Source: Macrostomum lignano (Eukaryota). Taken from it: a DNA stretch of 64,000 bases. Each line of letters begins with the position of its first letter. Within the stretch, counting starts at the first letter, position 1. The position numbers and the translations under genes are program-made. Positions 1 to 11,700 of the stretch are shown one piece after another. Location: NCBI GenBank assembly GCA_002269645.1, contig NIVC01001450.1, forward strand, positions 186,001-250,000. The letters run 5' to 3'. The notes under the pieces were generated by a model. The model searched no databases. It was not told the DNA's origin and worked only from the letters and a program-made list of their open reading frames with translations.

Positions 1-555
1 GAGATCAGAGATCAGAGATCAGAGATCAGAGATCGGAGATCAGAGATCGGAGATCGGAGATCAGAGATCGGAGATCAGAGATCGGAGATCAGAGATCGGA
101 GATCAGAGATCGGAGATCAGAGATCGGAGATCAGAGATCGGAGATCAGAGATCGGAGATCAGAGATCGGAGATCGGAGATCAGAGATCGGAGATCAGAGA
201 TCGGAGATCAGAGATCGGAGATCAGAGATCGGAGATCAGAGATCGGAGATCAGAGATCGGAGATCAGAGATCGGAGATCGGAGATCAGAGATCGGAGATC
301 AGAGATCGGAGATCAGAGATCGGAGATCAGAGATCGGAGATCAGAGATCGGAGATCAGAGATCGGAGATCAGAGATCGGAGATCAGAGATCGGAGATCAG
401 AGATCGGAGATCAGAGATCGGAGATCAGAGATCGGAGATCAGAGATCGGAGATCAGAGATCGGAGATCAGAGATCGGAGATCAGAGATCGGAGATCAGAG
501 ATCGGAGATCAGAGATCGGAGATCAGAGATCGGAGATCAGAGATCGGAGATCAGA
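1..555. repeat. Tandem repeat, 14-bp unit built of two 7-mers (GAGATCA + GAGATCG)
   Basis: Continuous array from the window start to ~555. Confidence 0.97.
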
Positions 556-564
556 GTCCAGCAG

Positions 565-675
565 GTTGCAATTCCAATTGATCACATGAAGCTGCTCAAC
601 GCCTCATCAGTGTACCCAGCTTCCCGAACAGCGTCATCATTAGCAGCCGCAGCTCCCGTGCACCGTGGCCACTGA
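565..675 (+). CDS. Possible terminal coding exon of a gene upstream of the window (VAIPIDHMKLLNASSVYP...HRGH*)
   Basis: CAG|G acceptor immediately after the 14-mer array and 37 open codons to TGA; no family recognised. Confidence 0.25.
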   Translation, partial: VAIPIDHMKLLNASSVYPASRTASSLAAAAPVHRGH

Positions 676-1303
676 GGTCAGCGGCAATCGTGGATTACGC
701 AATCGCGTCCTGCCCCGTCTCAATTTCTTTTTTTTCTTGCCACTGCCGTCGCGGCGCAGCTCAAAGCGATGGCGTGACCGGCGGCAATTACGGCGGGCTC
801 GGGCCGGGCATCGATTGCGAGGCTGGTCGCTCCCTGGCTGCTCAGTATCGCTGCAGCATCCATGATGTTGGGTGGACTGCGGGTGATTTTGTAGCCTTGT
901 GTCCATTCACAGATCAGCGTTTGATTTCGGTTTTTTTATTCCGCCTCAGAGATGGACACAGAGGGCGATAGACTGCGGAAGACAGCTGGGAGAATGGGAG
1001 AGCTAGGTGAGGCAGCGCTGGATTCTACCGCTGTACTTATGACTAAGTGACTAGCTGATTGACTATTGAAATATTGACTGTACATCCAGTGTACCCACCA
1101 CCCCGATTTCGTACCCCGTGCGCCCCGCCACCCCAATGCGTTAATAGTTATATATTGAGCTTCGTTTGTGTTAGCATCGTTTATGATTAATATATCGAGA
1201 CTGAGACATCGTTCATTTACAATACCAAATCATCGTGTTGCTCAGTTGAACTCTTAATTAAACGACGCGACACTAGGAAAAAAAGTGAAGAGACGGTAGG
1301 AGA

Positions 1304-1740
1304 GTGGAAAGAGTGGGGAGAGAGAAAAGAGTGGGGAGAGTGAAAAGAGTGGGGAGAGTGAAAAGAGTGGGGAGAGTGAAAAGAGTGGGGAGAGTGAAAA
1401 GAGTGGGGAGAGTGAAAAGAGTGGGGAGAGTGAAAAGAGTGAGGAGAGTGAAAAGAGTGGGGAGAGTGAAAAGAGTGGGGAGAGTGAAAAGAGTGAGGAG
1501 AGTGAAAAGAGTGGGGAGAGTGAAAAGAGTGGGGAGAGTGAAAAGAGTGAGGAGAGTGAAAAGAGTGAGGAGAGTGAAAAGAGTGAGGAGAGTGAAAAGA
1601 GTGGGGAGAGTGAAAAAAGTGAGGAGAGTGAAAAGAGTGGGGAGAGAGAAAAGAGTGGGGAGAGTGAAAAGAGTGGGGAGAGTGAAAAGAGTGGGGAGAG
1701 TGAAAAGAGTGGGGAGAGTGAAAAGAGTGGGGAGAGTAAA
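1304..1740. repeat. Purine-rich 18-bp minisatellite (GAGAGTGAAAAGAGTGGG)
   Basis: Direct tandem copies; accounts for ORFs 1273..1854 and 1304..1825. Confidence 0.95.
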
Positions 1741-2280
1741 AGGTAACAGCCTGAGCGTGCGGAACTTTCTAGGAAATCGATGGACCTTCAGCGCCGCAGC
1801 CGCCACAGCCTCGGCACGCAGCTGATGGCTGGCCAAAAGGTCAGTCGAGTTCAAAGCAGTCCGGGGGGTGAACAGTTTCCCTAATAAATTTTACTGAGTG
1901 AAGTTTTTTCAGCAGAAGGCCGACACGGGGGTGACCTGGGGACACGCGGCTTGCGGCTCACAACAGCAACTTTGGATAATTTCTGCCAGCTCTGAACAAG
2001 AAAAACCATTAGGAGAAGAAAGTTCAGCCGCTGAATAAAGCTGATGGCAATCTCGCTGATCTGAAACAGATTAGAAATGCATTTATTTCTGCAGGATGAA
2101 TTGGCTCGCGAGCACCGCCTGAGCAGCCAGCCCGCCTCGGGAAAAACTTTGCCAGCTTATCTGCTTCTGCCGGGAAATCTTTGCTAAAATCCACGAAAGT
2201 AAATAATTGAGTGAGCCTCTGTTCTCTGTTCTTCATCAATTCATTCAGCTGCTCAAATGTTCACTCTCGATTCAAGTCTT

Positions 2281-2540
2281 CATTCACTCATTTTAGATAT
2301 CCTTTCACTCATTTTAGATATCCTTTCACTCATTTAAGGTCTCCATTCACTCATTTTAGATATCCATTCACTCATTTTAGATATCAATTCACTCATTTTA
2401 GATATCCATTCACTCATTTTAGATATCCATTCACTCATTTTAGATATCCATTCACTCATTTTAGATATCCATTCACTCATTTTAGATATCCATTCACTCA
2501 TTTTAGATACCCATTCACTCTTTACAAATATCCGTTCAAC
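2281..2540. repeat. 21-bp minisatellite (TTCACTCATTTTAGATATCCA)
   Basis: About 12 tandem copies. Confidence 0.95.
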
Positions 2541-3031
2541 TAATTCACAAGTTCGCTCGTTCACCTCTCGCAGAATGGCTAAAAATAGGTAGGGCCACTG
2601 GCAGTTCCCATCCATCAGCTGCAAGTCAATCGCCGACCATAAACAGTTTTCACAATTCATAGGGTAGGAAAGGAAAATGTATGCTAAATTCTTTAAATCG
2701 GTCCAGAAGCAGAAATTCGAAAGCAAGGCTTTCCCATTAGGAGCAGCAAACCGCAGCTCTTAGTTATAAAATTGTTGACTTCATTAGCTGTACTGTGTGT
2801 TCAGCCTGCCTGCACAGGTATGCAAAAGTGCAGCCCGAGTGCCGAACCCGGTCCAGTGCAGCCTCCCAGTTGCTTAAACTGGCCATTAAATATTCACGCC
2901 TGAGTTGCTATCGACTAAGGCTGGAGCTAATCGGCTCGGCTGTGTCTGAGCTACTGAGCTGGGGCGCTTGCACTGTCTGAGCTTGAAGTTCATTTGTCTG
3001 CTGAGGGCCATGCGTGCCAGGTCTCCGGTGC

Positions 3032-3526
3032 CTGTCTGTCTGAGTCTGTCTAGCTGAGTCTGTCTGAGTCTGTCTGAGTCTGTCTGAGTCTGTCTGAGTC
3101 TGTCTGAGTCTGTCTGAGTCTGTCTGAGTCTGTCTGAGTCTCTCTGGGTCTGTCTGAGTCTGTCTTAGTCTGTCCGAGTCTTCCGAGTCTATCTGGGTCT
3201 GTCTGAGTCTATCTGAGTCTGTCCGAGTCTGTCTGAGTCTGTCTGAGTCTATCTGAGTCTGTCTGAGTCTGTCCAAGTCTGTCTGAGTCTGTCTGAGTCT
3301 GTCCGAGTCTGTCCGAGTCTGTCTGAGTCTATCTGAGTCTGTCTGAGTCTGTCCGAGTCTGTCCGAGTCTATCTGGGTCTGTCTGAGTCTATCGGAGTCT
3401 ATCTGAGTCTGTCTGAGTCTATCTGAGTCTGTCTGATTCTGTCTGAGTCTATCTGAGTCTATCTGAGTCTATCTGAGTCTGTCTGAGTCTGTCTGAGTCT
3501 GTCCGAGTCTGTCCGAGTCTGTCTGT
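3032..3526. repeat. 10-bp satellite (TCTGTCTGAG)n
   Basis: Tandem array; reverse complement of the large array at 40695-45130. Confidence 0.95.
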
Positions 3527-4114
3527 ACATGCCTGACACTTTAAAAAGTAATGGCCACTTTACACTTTACTGCTTGCATGTGCTCAATAGTCAGCGCAAT
3601 GGCCAAAATTGCCTAAGGCGTTGCGCCAGGGTGGCCCGCAGCGCTCCTGAGTATTTTTTTTTCTGTCTGTCTGCCTGCCGGTCTGCCCCGCAGAGAAGTC
3701 CGCAGAGAAGCCGGCCGCACTTTCCCAGCTCTTTATCCCCATAGGAAGGCGCTGGTGAGCTGATCTCATCTCCCGGCTCACTGAACTCCCTCACTTATTC
3801 ATTAAACTCTGGGTCTCCTCAGACCCGGCCTGGGCCCAGAGCTGTGCGAGATGAAGAAGTGCCCGGACCCAGCCTCCCGCTGCTTCATTGAGTCTGCTAA
3901 TGAGTCGGAGATGAGCGGAGACGGATGCGGAAGCTCCGCGGTTAATTAGAAAATTCCCCCGTTTGTAAATAAAAGTTTCTTTTTGGGAAATTCGCTTTGC
4001 TCAGTTGGTAGGGGCGAACGCTTGGGAGTCAAACGGTGCCAGAAGATCGATTTGGGAAACTGCTGCATCAGCCACATTTGATTCTGCGTCAGATTCTGGC
4101 TATATTTGTGTCTT

Positions 4115-4500
4115 ATGCTGTGTCAGATGCTATGCGATCTGTGTCAGATGCTATGCAATCTGTGTCAGATGCTATGCAATCTGTGTCAGATGCTATGCAA
4201 TCTGTGTCAGATGCTATGCAATCTGTGTCAGATGCTATGCAATCTGTGTCAGATGCTATGCAATCTGTGTCAGATGCTATGCAATCTGTGTCAGATGCTA
4301 TGCAATCTGTGTCAGATTCTATGCAATCTGTGTCAGATGCTATGCAATCTGTGTCAGATGCTATGCAATCTGTGTCAGATGCTATGCAATCTGTGTCAGA
4401 TGCTATGCAATCTGTGTCAGATGCTACGCAACCTGTGTCAGATGCTATGCAATCTGTGTCAGATGCTATGCAATGTGTCAGATGCTACGCAACCTGTGTC
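4115..4500. repeat. 21-bp minisatellite (TGTCAGATGCTATGCAATCTG)
   Basis: About 18 near-identical copies. Confidence 0.95.
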
Positions 4501-4974
4501 ACCCCGAAGTCACAGAGAGTGTAAACGCCTGACTATGAGAAAGTCGGGGCCGCTGTACACCCTATGTGAGCTATGGGTGCGCCTGAACTGGAATGACTGC
4601 TAATTTGCCCTTGATTTCAGAATTTTGTCAAGTTATGAAACTTTGGATATGCAGATGAAGCAGACATGAATTTGGTCGTGACATTGCATAGCAACACTGT
4701 AGTTTCGGATTTCATCTGAGTGCAATGGCCGGTCTGTGTAATTTGCAATAATAATATTATTAATTATTATTACAAAATCTCACCGATCTACGCAATGCTT
4801 GCAGTCAGCCTGCATGCGCTCGCATACATTTGCATGTTCGCTTTGGCAGTTTTCACTGGCCTAATAAATTCTAAAGCGTTACAAATAGACGGCTTTTACA
4901 GCTCCGCCTTGCGTTTGGGGCCAGAGAATAGCGCTATTAGACACTGGCATGGCGCCCACTTCACACCTAGATAT

Positions 4975-5990
4975 TAGCGTCATCTAAAGCTATCTAATAG
5001 ACATTGGAGCCACCTATAGTGTAGTCATCTAGAAGACATTGGCGCTATCTATAGCCATCTAGAAGACATTGGCGCTATCTATAGTAGTCATCTAGAAGAC
5101 ATTGACGCTATCTATAGTCATCTAGAAGACATTTACGCTATCTATAGTCATCTAGAAGACATTTACGCTATCTATAGTCATCTAGACTAGAAGACATTGG
5201 TATCTATAGTCATCTAGAAGACATTGGCGCTATCTATAGTAGTCATCTAGAAGACATTGACGCTATCTATAGTCATCTAGAAGACATTTACGCTATCTAT
5301 AGTCATCTAGACTAGAAGACATTGGTATCTATAGTCATCTAGAAGACATTGGCGCTATCTATAGCCATCTAGAAGACATTGGCGCTATCTATAGTAGTCA
5401 TCTAGAAGACATTGACGCTATCTATAGTCATCTAGAAGACATTTACGCTATCTATAGTCATCTAGACTAGAAGACATTGGTATCTATAGTCATCTAGAAG
5501 ACATTGGCGCTATCTATAGTAGTCATCTAGAAGACATTGACGCTATCTATAGTCATCTAGAAGACATTTACGCTATCTATAGTCATCTAGACTAGAAGAC
5601 ATTGGTATCTATAGTCATCTAGAAGACATTGGCGCTATCTATAGCCATCTAGAAGACATTGGCGCTATCTATAGTAGTCATCTAGAAGACATTGACGCTA
5701 TCTATAGTCATCTAGAAGACATTTACGCTATCTATAGTCATCTAGACTAGAAGACATTGGTATCTATAGTTATCTAGAAGACATTGGCGCTATCTATAGT
5801 AATCTAGACTAGAAGACATTGACCCTATCTATAGTTATCTAGAAGACATTGGCGCTATCTATAGTAATCTAGAAGACATTGGCGCTATCTAGTTATCAAC
5901 TAAGACATTGGAGCCATCTTTATTAATTTACTAGACATGGCGCTACCTAAAGTGATCTAGAATTAGACATTGGCGCCCAGTAAACATCCA
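4975..5990. repeat. ~30-bp minisatellite (CATCTAGAAGACATTGGCGCTATCTATAGT) with a 280-bp higher-order period
   Basis: The variant TCTAGACTAGAAGAC recurs at 5181, 5461 and 5741. Confidence 0.9.
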
Positions 5991-6605
5991 AGCACCGAGT
6001 ATTCCAATACTCCATTCAACTCAAGCCAGACTAAAATTAGGTGCTGGGAAGTATTTAATTTACACTACTGCCTCTCAAGACACTCGACTAGCTGAGGCCC
6101 TGACTGTAACAAAAATTCAAAATTTCACTACAGCATTAAGCCTTCACAGTGAGCCAATATTTGTCCTGCAGCGCATGTTGGGCTGCATTTATTCGTGGGC
6201 ACACTCGATCAAAAGAAGCCGCTGCAGAATAGAGACATGCGCGCTTGCCTCTTGTTGTCTGCAGATTTCTGTTCGGATAAAATATTTGCATTCATGCCTG
6301 TTGTTTATAATTCGAGTACACGCTGGGAATCCGCACAGGGGTGCTGGGCGATCCTGTGGGCTGCATGATTCAATCTGCGAGCTGAGACATCCCGAGTGAG
6401 CAGCTCGGAATCCGATCTCCTGGGACGGCAGGGGAGGGAAAAGTGCCAGAGTAATAATTATTGCCTGCGGCGACACTGAATATCTCAGAGGGAGGGGGTC
6501 TGCCGGTGCACGCCATGGAGATTCGGCTGTGGGGGCACGGAGCAGACTGGTGTAAAGATTGGATAGATAGAGATATAGACATAAAATACAAGTATGATGA
6601 ATAGG

Positions 6606-7068
6606 CAGACAGATAGACAGAGGCAGACAGACATGTAGACAGACAGACAGACACAGGCAGACATGTTCAGACAGACATGTAGACAGACACAGGCACAGGC
6701 AGACATGTTCAGACAGACATGTAGACAGACACAGGCACAGGCAGACATGTTCAGACAGACATGTAGACAGACACAGGCACAGGCAGACATGTTCAGACAG
6801 ACACAGGCAGACATGTTCAGACAGACATGTAGACAGACACAGGCACAGGCAGACATGTTCAGACAGACATGTAGACAGACAGACAGACACAGGCAGACAT
6901 GTTCAGACAGACATGTAGACAGACAGACAGGCACAGGCAGACATGTTCAGACAGACATGTACAGGCAGACAGACACAGGCAGACATGTTCAGACACTTAC
7001 AGACACAGGCAGACATGTTCAGACACTTACAGACACAGGCAGACATGTTCAGACACTTACAGACACAG
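6606..7068. repeat. AGAC-rich compound minisatellite (GCAGACATGTTCAGACAGACATGTAGACAGACACAGGCACAG)
   Basis: Tandem variant copies. Confidence 0.9.
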
Positions 7069-7819
7069 GGCAAAGCAGTCAGCAAGCGAGTTGCAATCGG
7101 CTCTCTTAGAAACCCCAGATGCGGTCCGGCAGCCCTACAGCATCAGACAGGCAACAAAAAAGCCAGTGCAAGCAGACGGTAGCAGCAGAGCTCCCGCAAG
7201 CAGTAGCAGACGGAGTGAAGCAAATTCTTTCAACAAATTGAACTGGCGCCAAAAAATTTCCATTTACCACCAACCGAGCATCACAAAGTGCAAATACCGT
7301 AAAGCTCCCTCTTGCCCTGGCTCCGGTGGAAAATTGAATTACACTAAGAAACGGTTCAGTTCGGAATTTCCCAGCTACCATACAGTGAGCTTATCTCTAC
7401 TTCTTGGGGGTTGGCCAACTTTTGCCCTTTGCTGCCGGCCAAATGAGAAAGAAATGGCGTGAGAATAGATGACTGATGAGAGAGGACAGCCGAGAGATGG
7501 GAAAGAGGATCGAGAGGAGAGGAGAAAGCGTTGTGTCGTGACTAGGAGCCCGTAAAAGGGCCGTTCGTCTAACTAACCTTTTCTTACTACTCTACTTTAA
7601 GTAGTGCAGTTAATAAATTATTCGTATATTGTATTGTGAAACGTATTTTTAATCACGTGACATTATGGCGGTTGAATTTATCGATCGTGTAACAATTTAC
7701 TGCTAAATAACAAATATAAGCGCGGGTTGCCCTAAGTGGAGCTCGCACTTTTTTTCCGGCAAAAAGTCTTACCTGCCACGTACTCGTGTTTCCTGTGTTA
7801 GTCTGTTGAGACACCACAG

Positions 7820-8045
7820 AAAGGAGAGAGAGAGAGAGAGGATCGAGAGGGGAGAGCCGAGAGATAGGAGAGGAGAGGAAAGGAGGGAGAATAGAGGGGT
7901 GTGAAGGAGAAAGAAGAGGAGAGAGGGGTGAGGAGGGCAAAGAGAGAAAAGGAGAGGTGAGAAGGGGAAAGAGAAGAGGTGAGGTGAGAAGAGAGAAGAT
8001 GGGAGAGGAGCGATGAGAAGGGGAGAGCAGAGAGCTGAGAAAAGG
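7820..8045. repeat. GA-rich low-complexity tract
   Basis: Nearly pure purine sequence. Confidence 0.85.
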
Positions 8046-8742
8046 CAAACCCTGAGCGGGCCGGATTGCTATTGTGAAGTTTCAAAGGAACCCGAGGGCT
8101 GGATAGAGGCTTAGCGGGCTGCGTATGCCGAACCCTGGATCAGCTGATAAGAACGGAGCGAGTACAATTTTCATTGAATATTTTGTCAACAACAATGATT
8201 ATAATGAGTATGTACAAAGGAAATCAAGTCCATACGGTGTGCCAGTTTATTATTCAATGCAGCTCAGGTGACAGACAGACAGAGGCAATGCAGACTGGTT
8301 GGGAAATATATTATACGTGCTTAATAACTAATCATTTATTTGTACTTTTATACCAATAGCTTCTATTATAATAATTGAGTGCGCTAATCACACTACTGAC
8401 AGTGGGCTAAGTAGTCAGTAAGAGATTTTAGTGAATTTCCCAATCATCAATTTTACTCTCAGCTAAAAAAATTTAAGATATATTTGACAAGTAAAACAAA
8501 TTAAAAATGTTTCTGGATAGCAAGCGCACCAATTTAAATTGTTGATTAATAAAAAACTGATAAAAACAAAAACAAACGCAAGATGAAATTTCTACACCGA
8601 CTTAGGGTCACACAAAAAACCCACTGCAGGTGCTGACGACAGACCGGAGGCAGGTTGAGGCTGCGGGACCCCAGGCAGATCCGAGGGCCAATCAGATTTG
8701 ACAGACGCGGCAACCGTCATCAATTGTCACCGCACAGGGCTG

Positions 8743-11700
8743 TCAGAAGTAAATGTCCTGCACCTGCGAGGTCTCCATCTCCATCGGGCAGTACGGGCAC
8801 TTGAACCTGCGGGGCGGACTGCGGGTTGTAGCTTTAAAAATCCCACACAACACAATTCTCAAATCCCACACAACAAAAATCCCTAGATCCCACACAACAC
8901 GATTCCAAAATCCCACACAACACGATTCCAAAATCCCACACAACACGATTCCAAAATCCCACACAACACGATTCCAAAATCCCACACAACAAAATCCCCA
9001 AATCCCACTCAACAAAATCCCCCCAATCTTACACAGCAAAATCCCCCAAATCCCACACAACAAAACCCCTAATCCCACACAACCAAATCTTCAAATCCCA
9101 CACAACAAAAATCCCCAAATCCCACACAAGCAAATCTTCAAATCCCACACAACAAAAATCCCTAACTCTTACACAGCACAATACCCAAATCCCACACAAC
9201 TAAATCCCAAAATCCCACACAACTAAGTCCCCAAATCCCACACAACAAAATCCCCAAATCCAACACAACTAAATCCCTAAATCCCACACAGCAAAATCCC
9301 CAAATCCCACACAACTAAATCCCAAAATCCCACACAACTAAATCCCCAAATCCCACACAACAAAATCCCCAAATCCAACACAACTAAATCCCTAAATCCC
9401 ACACAGCAAAATCCCCAAATCCCACACAACTAAATCCCAAAATCCCACACAACAAAAATCCCCAAATCCCACACACCACAATCCCCAAATCCCACACAAC
9501 AAAAATCCCCGAATCCCACACAACTAAATCCCCAAATCCCACACAACAAAAAACCCTAAATCCCACACAGCAAAATACCCAAATCCCACACACCAAAATC
9601 CCTAAATCACACACACCAAAATCCCCAAATCCCACACAGCACAATCCCCAAATCCCACACAACAAAAATCTCCAAATCCCATACACCAAAATCCCCAAAT
9701 CCCCAAATCCCACACACAAAAATCCCCAAATCCCACACACCAAAATCCTCAAATCCCACACAGCACAATCCCCAAATCCCACACAATAAAAATCCCCAAA
9801 TCCCACACAGCAAAATCTCCAAACCCCACGCACTTAGATGACGCATTCGCCAGCTTGGCAACGGCATCCCTGGAGATGGCGTGGCCGCAGACCAGCCGCA
9901 CAGGCGGGTTGGCATCGGAGGTCTGGGCCCGCAGGATCGGGCAGGCGAAGACGCTGTGAAAGCGCAGCTCGTCGCCCAAGTCGATGTCGATTGGCAGCTC
10001 GCCGGTGATGGCGGCGCCGAGGTTCCGCTGGTTCATCACCGTCTGGATGTTCAGCAGAGGCGGCAGGGCGGCGCAGCCGGCGTTGATGGCCACGGAGAGT
10101 GGCAGGTCCTTGGCGAAGCCCAGCATCTTGTTGGCCTCGGACACCAGCAGCTGGGACAGCTCGTGGTACAGGCGGGACTCGAACAGGTCCTGCGGTTTGG
10201 GGATTCGAGCTCTGGGACTGTGGTTTGGGGATTCGAACTCTGGGAATGTGGCTTGGGGATTCGAACTCTGGGAATGTGGCTTGGGGATTCGAACTCTGGG
10301 ACTGTGGTTTGGGGATTCGAACTCTGGGACTGTGGCTTGGGGATTCGAACTCTGGGAATGTGGCTTGGGGATTCGAGCTCTGGGAATGTGGCTTGGGGAT
10401 TCGAACTCTGGGACTGTGGCTTGGGGATTCGAACTCTGGGACTGTGGTTTGGGGATTCGAACTCTGGGACTGTGGTTTGGGGATTCGAACTCTGGGACTG
10501 TGGTTTGGGGATTCGAACTCTGGGACTGTGGTTTGGGGATTCGAATTCGTATTAGGGAATCGAGCTCTTAGAATTAGGATTTAAAATCTTAGATTTTTTA
10601 AGTTTCAGGCTTATCTGCCTGGGATCCGAAATCGTACACCTGGGATTTGAACTCTTACCCCTGGGATCCGAAATCGCATACGTGAAATTTTCAATCATAG
10701 GATTCCAACTCCTGGGACTAGATAGTTGAATCCCAGGACCAATGAATGACGGGAGCCATCAAGCCCCCCCCCCCTAAGCCGACCCCAGCGCCAACCTTGT
10801 ACGGCGAGCTGTGCAGGCTACGCCGCACGAAGGCCAGCGAGCCCATCAGGCGACGAATGTCGGCATCGCAGGCTGGCGAGAAGGCGGCCAGCAGGCGGGC
10901 CTGCTGCAGGATGGCCTCCGGCTTGGCGTCCTCGCTGGACACAAGCTGCACCAGCTGCAGGCGCCTGATGAGGAACTCCAGGTAGCGGCCAGTCTCCTCG
11001 CTGCTGAGTGACTTCTGGTTGTCCTGCAGCCACTGCAGCGCCGGCTCCAGCTGCCGCTTGGCCAGGGCCTCCACCACGTGGTTAAGCTCGGCGTAGGCGG
11101 GCAGGTGCGACTCCTCATAAGCCAGGCCAGCCTCCCTGATCAGCTCCTGCGCCACCTCCATGGAGCCCTCCCGGATCAGGTGCTCGCAGATGGCAGTGTT
11201 GAGCACCTGAGGCGGGGATTAGTCATTCACAACTTTTTAGATAATCCGTCTTGCTTAACTCAGAGATAATCCGCCATGCTTAACTCAGAGATAATCCGCC
11301 ATGCTCAACTCAGAGATAATCCGCCATGCTTAACTCAGAGATAATCCGCCATGCTCAACTCAGCCATAATCCGTCATACTCAGCTCAGAGATAATCCATC
11401 AAACAGCTGACACCTAATCCGCCTTAGTTACCTGCAGCTTCTCAGCATCGGACTCCAGCTGAGCTGACGAAAGCGATTCGGGCAGCTCGGTGACAAAGGA
11501 CTTGTCAATTAATTTGCCCATCTTAGACAGCGGGGCGTGCAGCTCCCTGTGGCGCTTGCTGGCCTCAGAGAGTCGCTTCTTGAGCCGCTGGTGCAGCTGC
11601 TGCAGGCGCAGGCGGGTGCTGGGCTCCACGCTGCAATCACCGCCAGACTCTGCAAGATTGCGAGTCCAAAAACATGCATTTAGAATGCACAAGGTTGGGT

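Noticed and set aside
1273-7182. Long ORFs of periodic peptides (TLPTLF, SDAMQSV, RQTQTD, CLSTCL and similar)
   Set aside because: Translations of tandem repeats that lack stop codons; no coding signature
2024-7480. GC-richer islands between repeats (2024-2239, 2560-3030, 3590-3950, 6170-6540, 7090-7460) as exons of one gene
   Set aside because: Some splice-like sites and a signal-like stretch are present, but I could not build a consistent phase chain or recognise a domain
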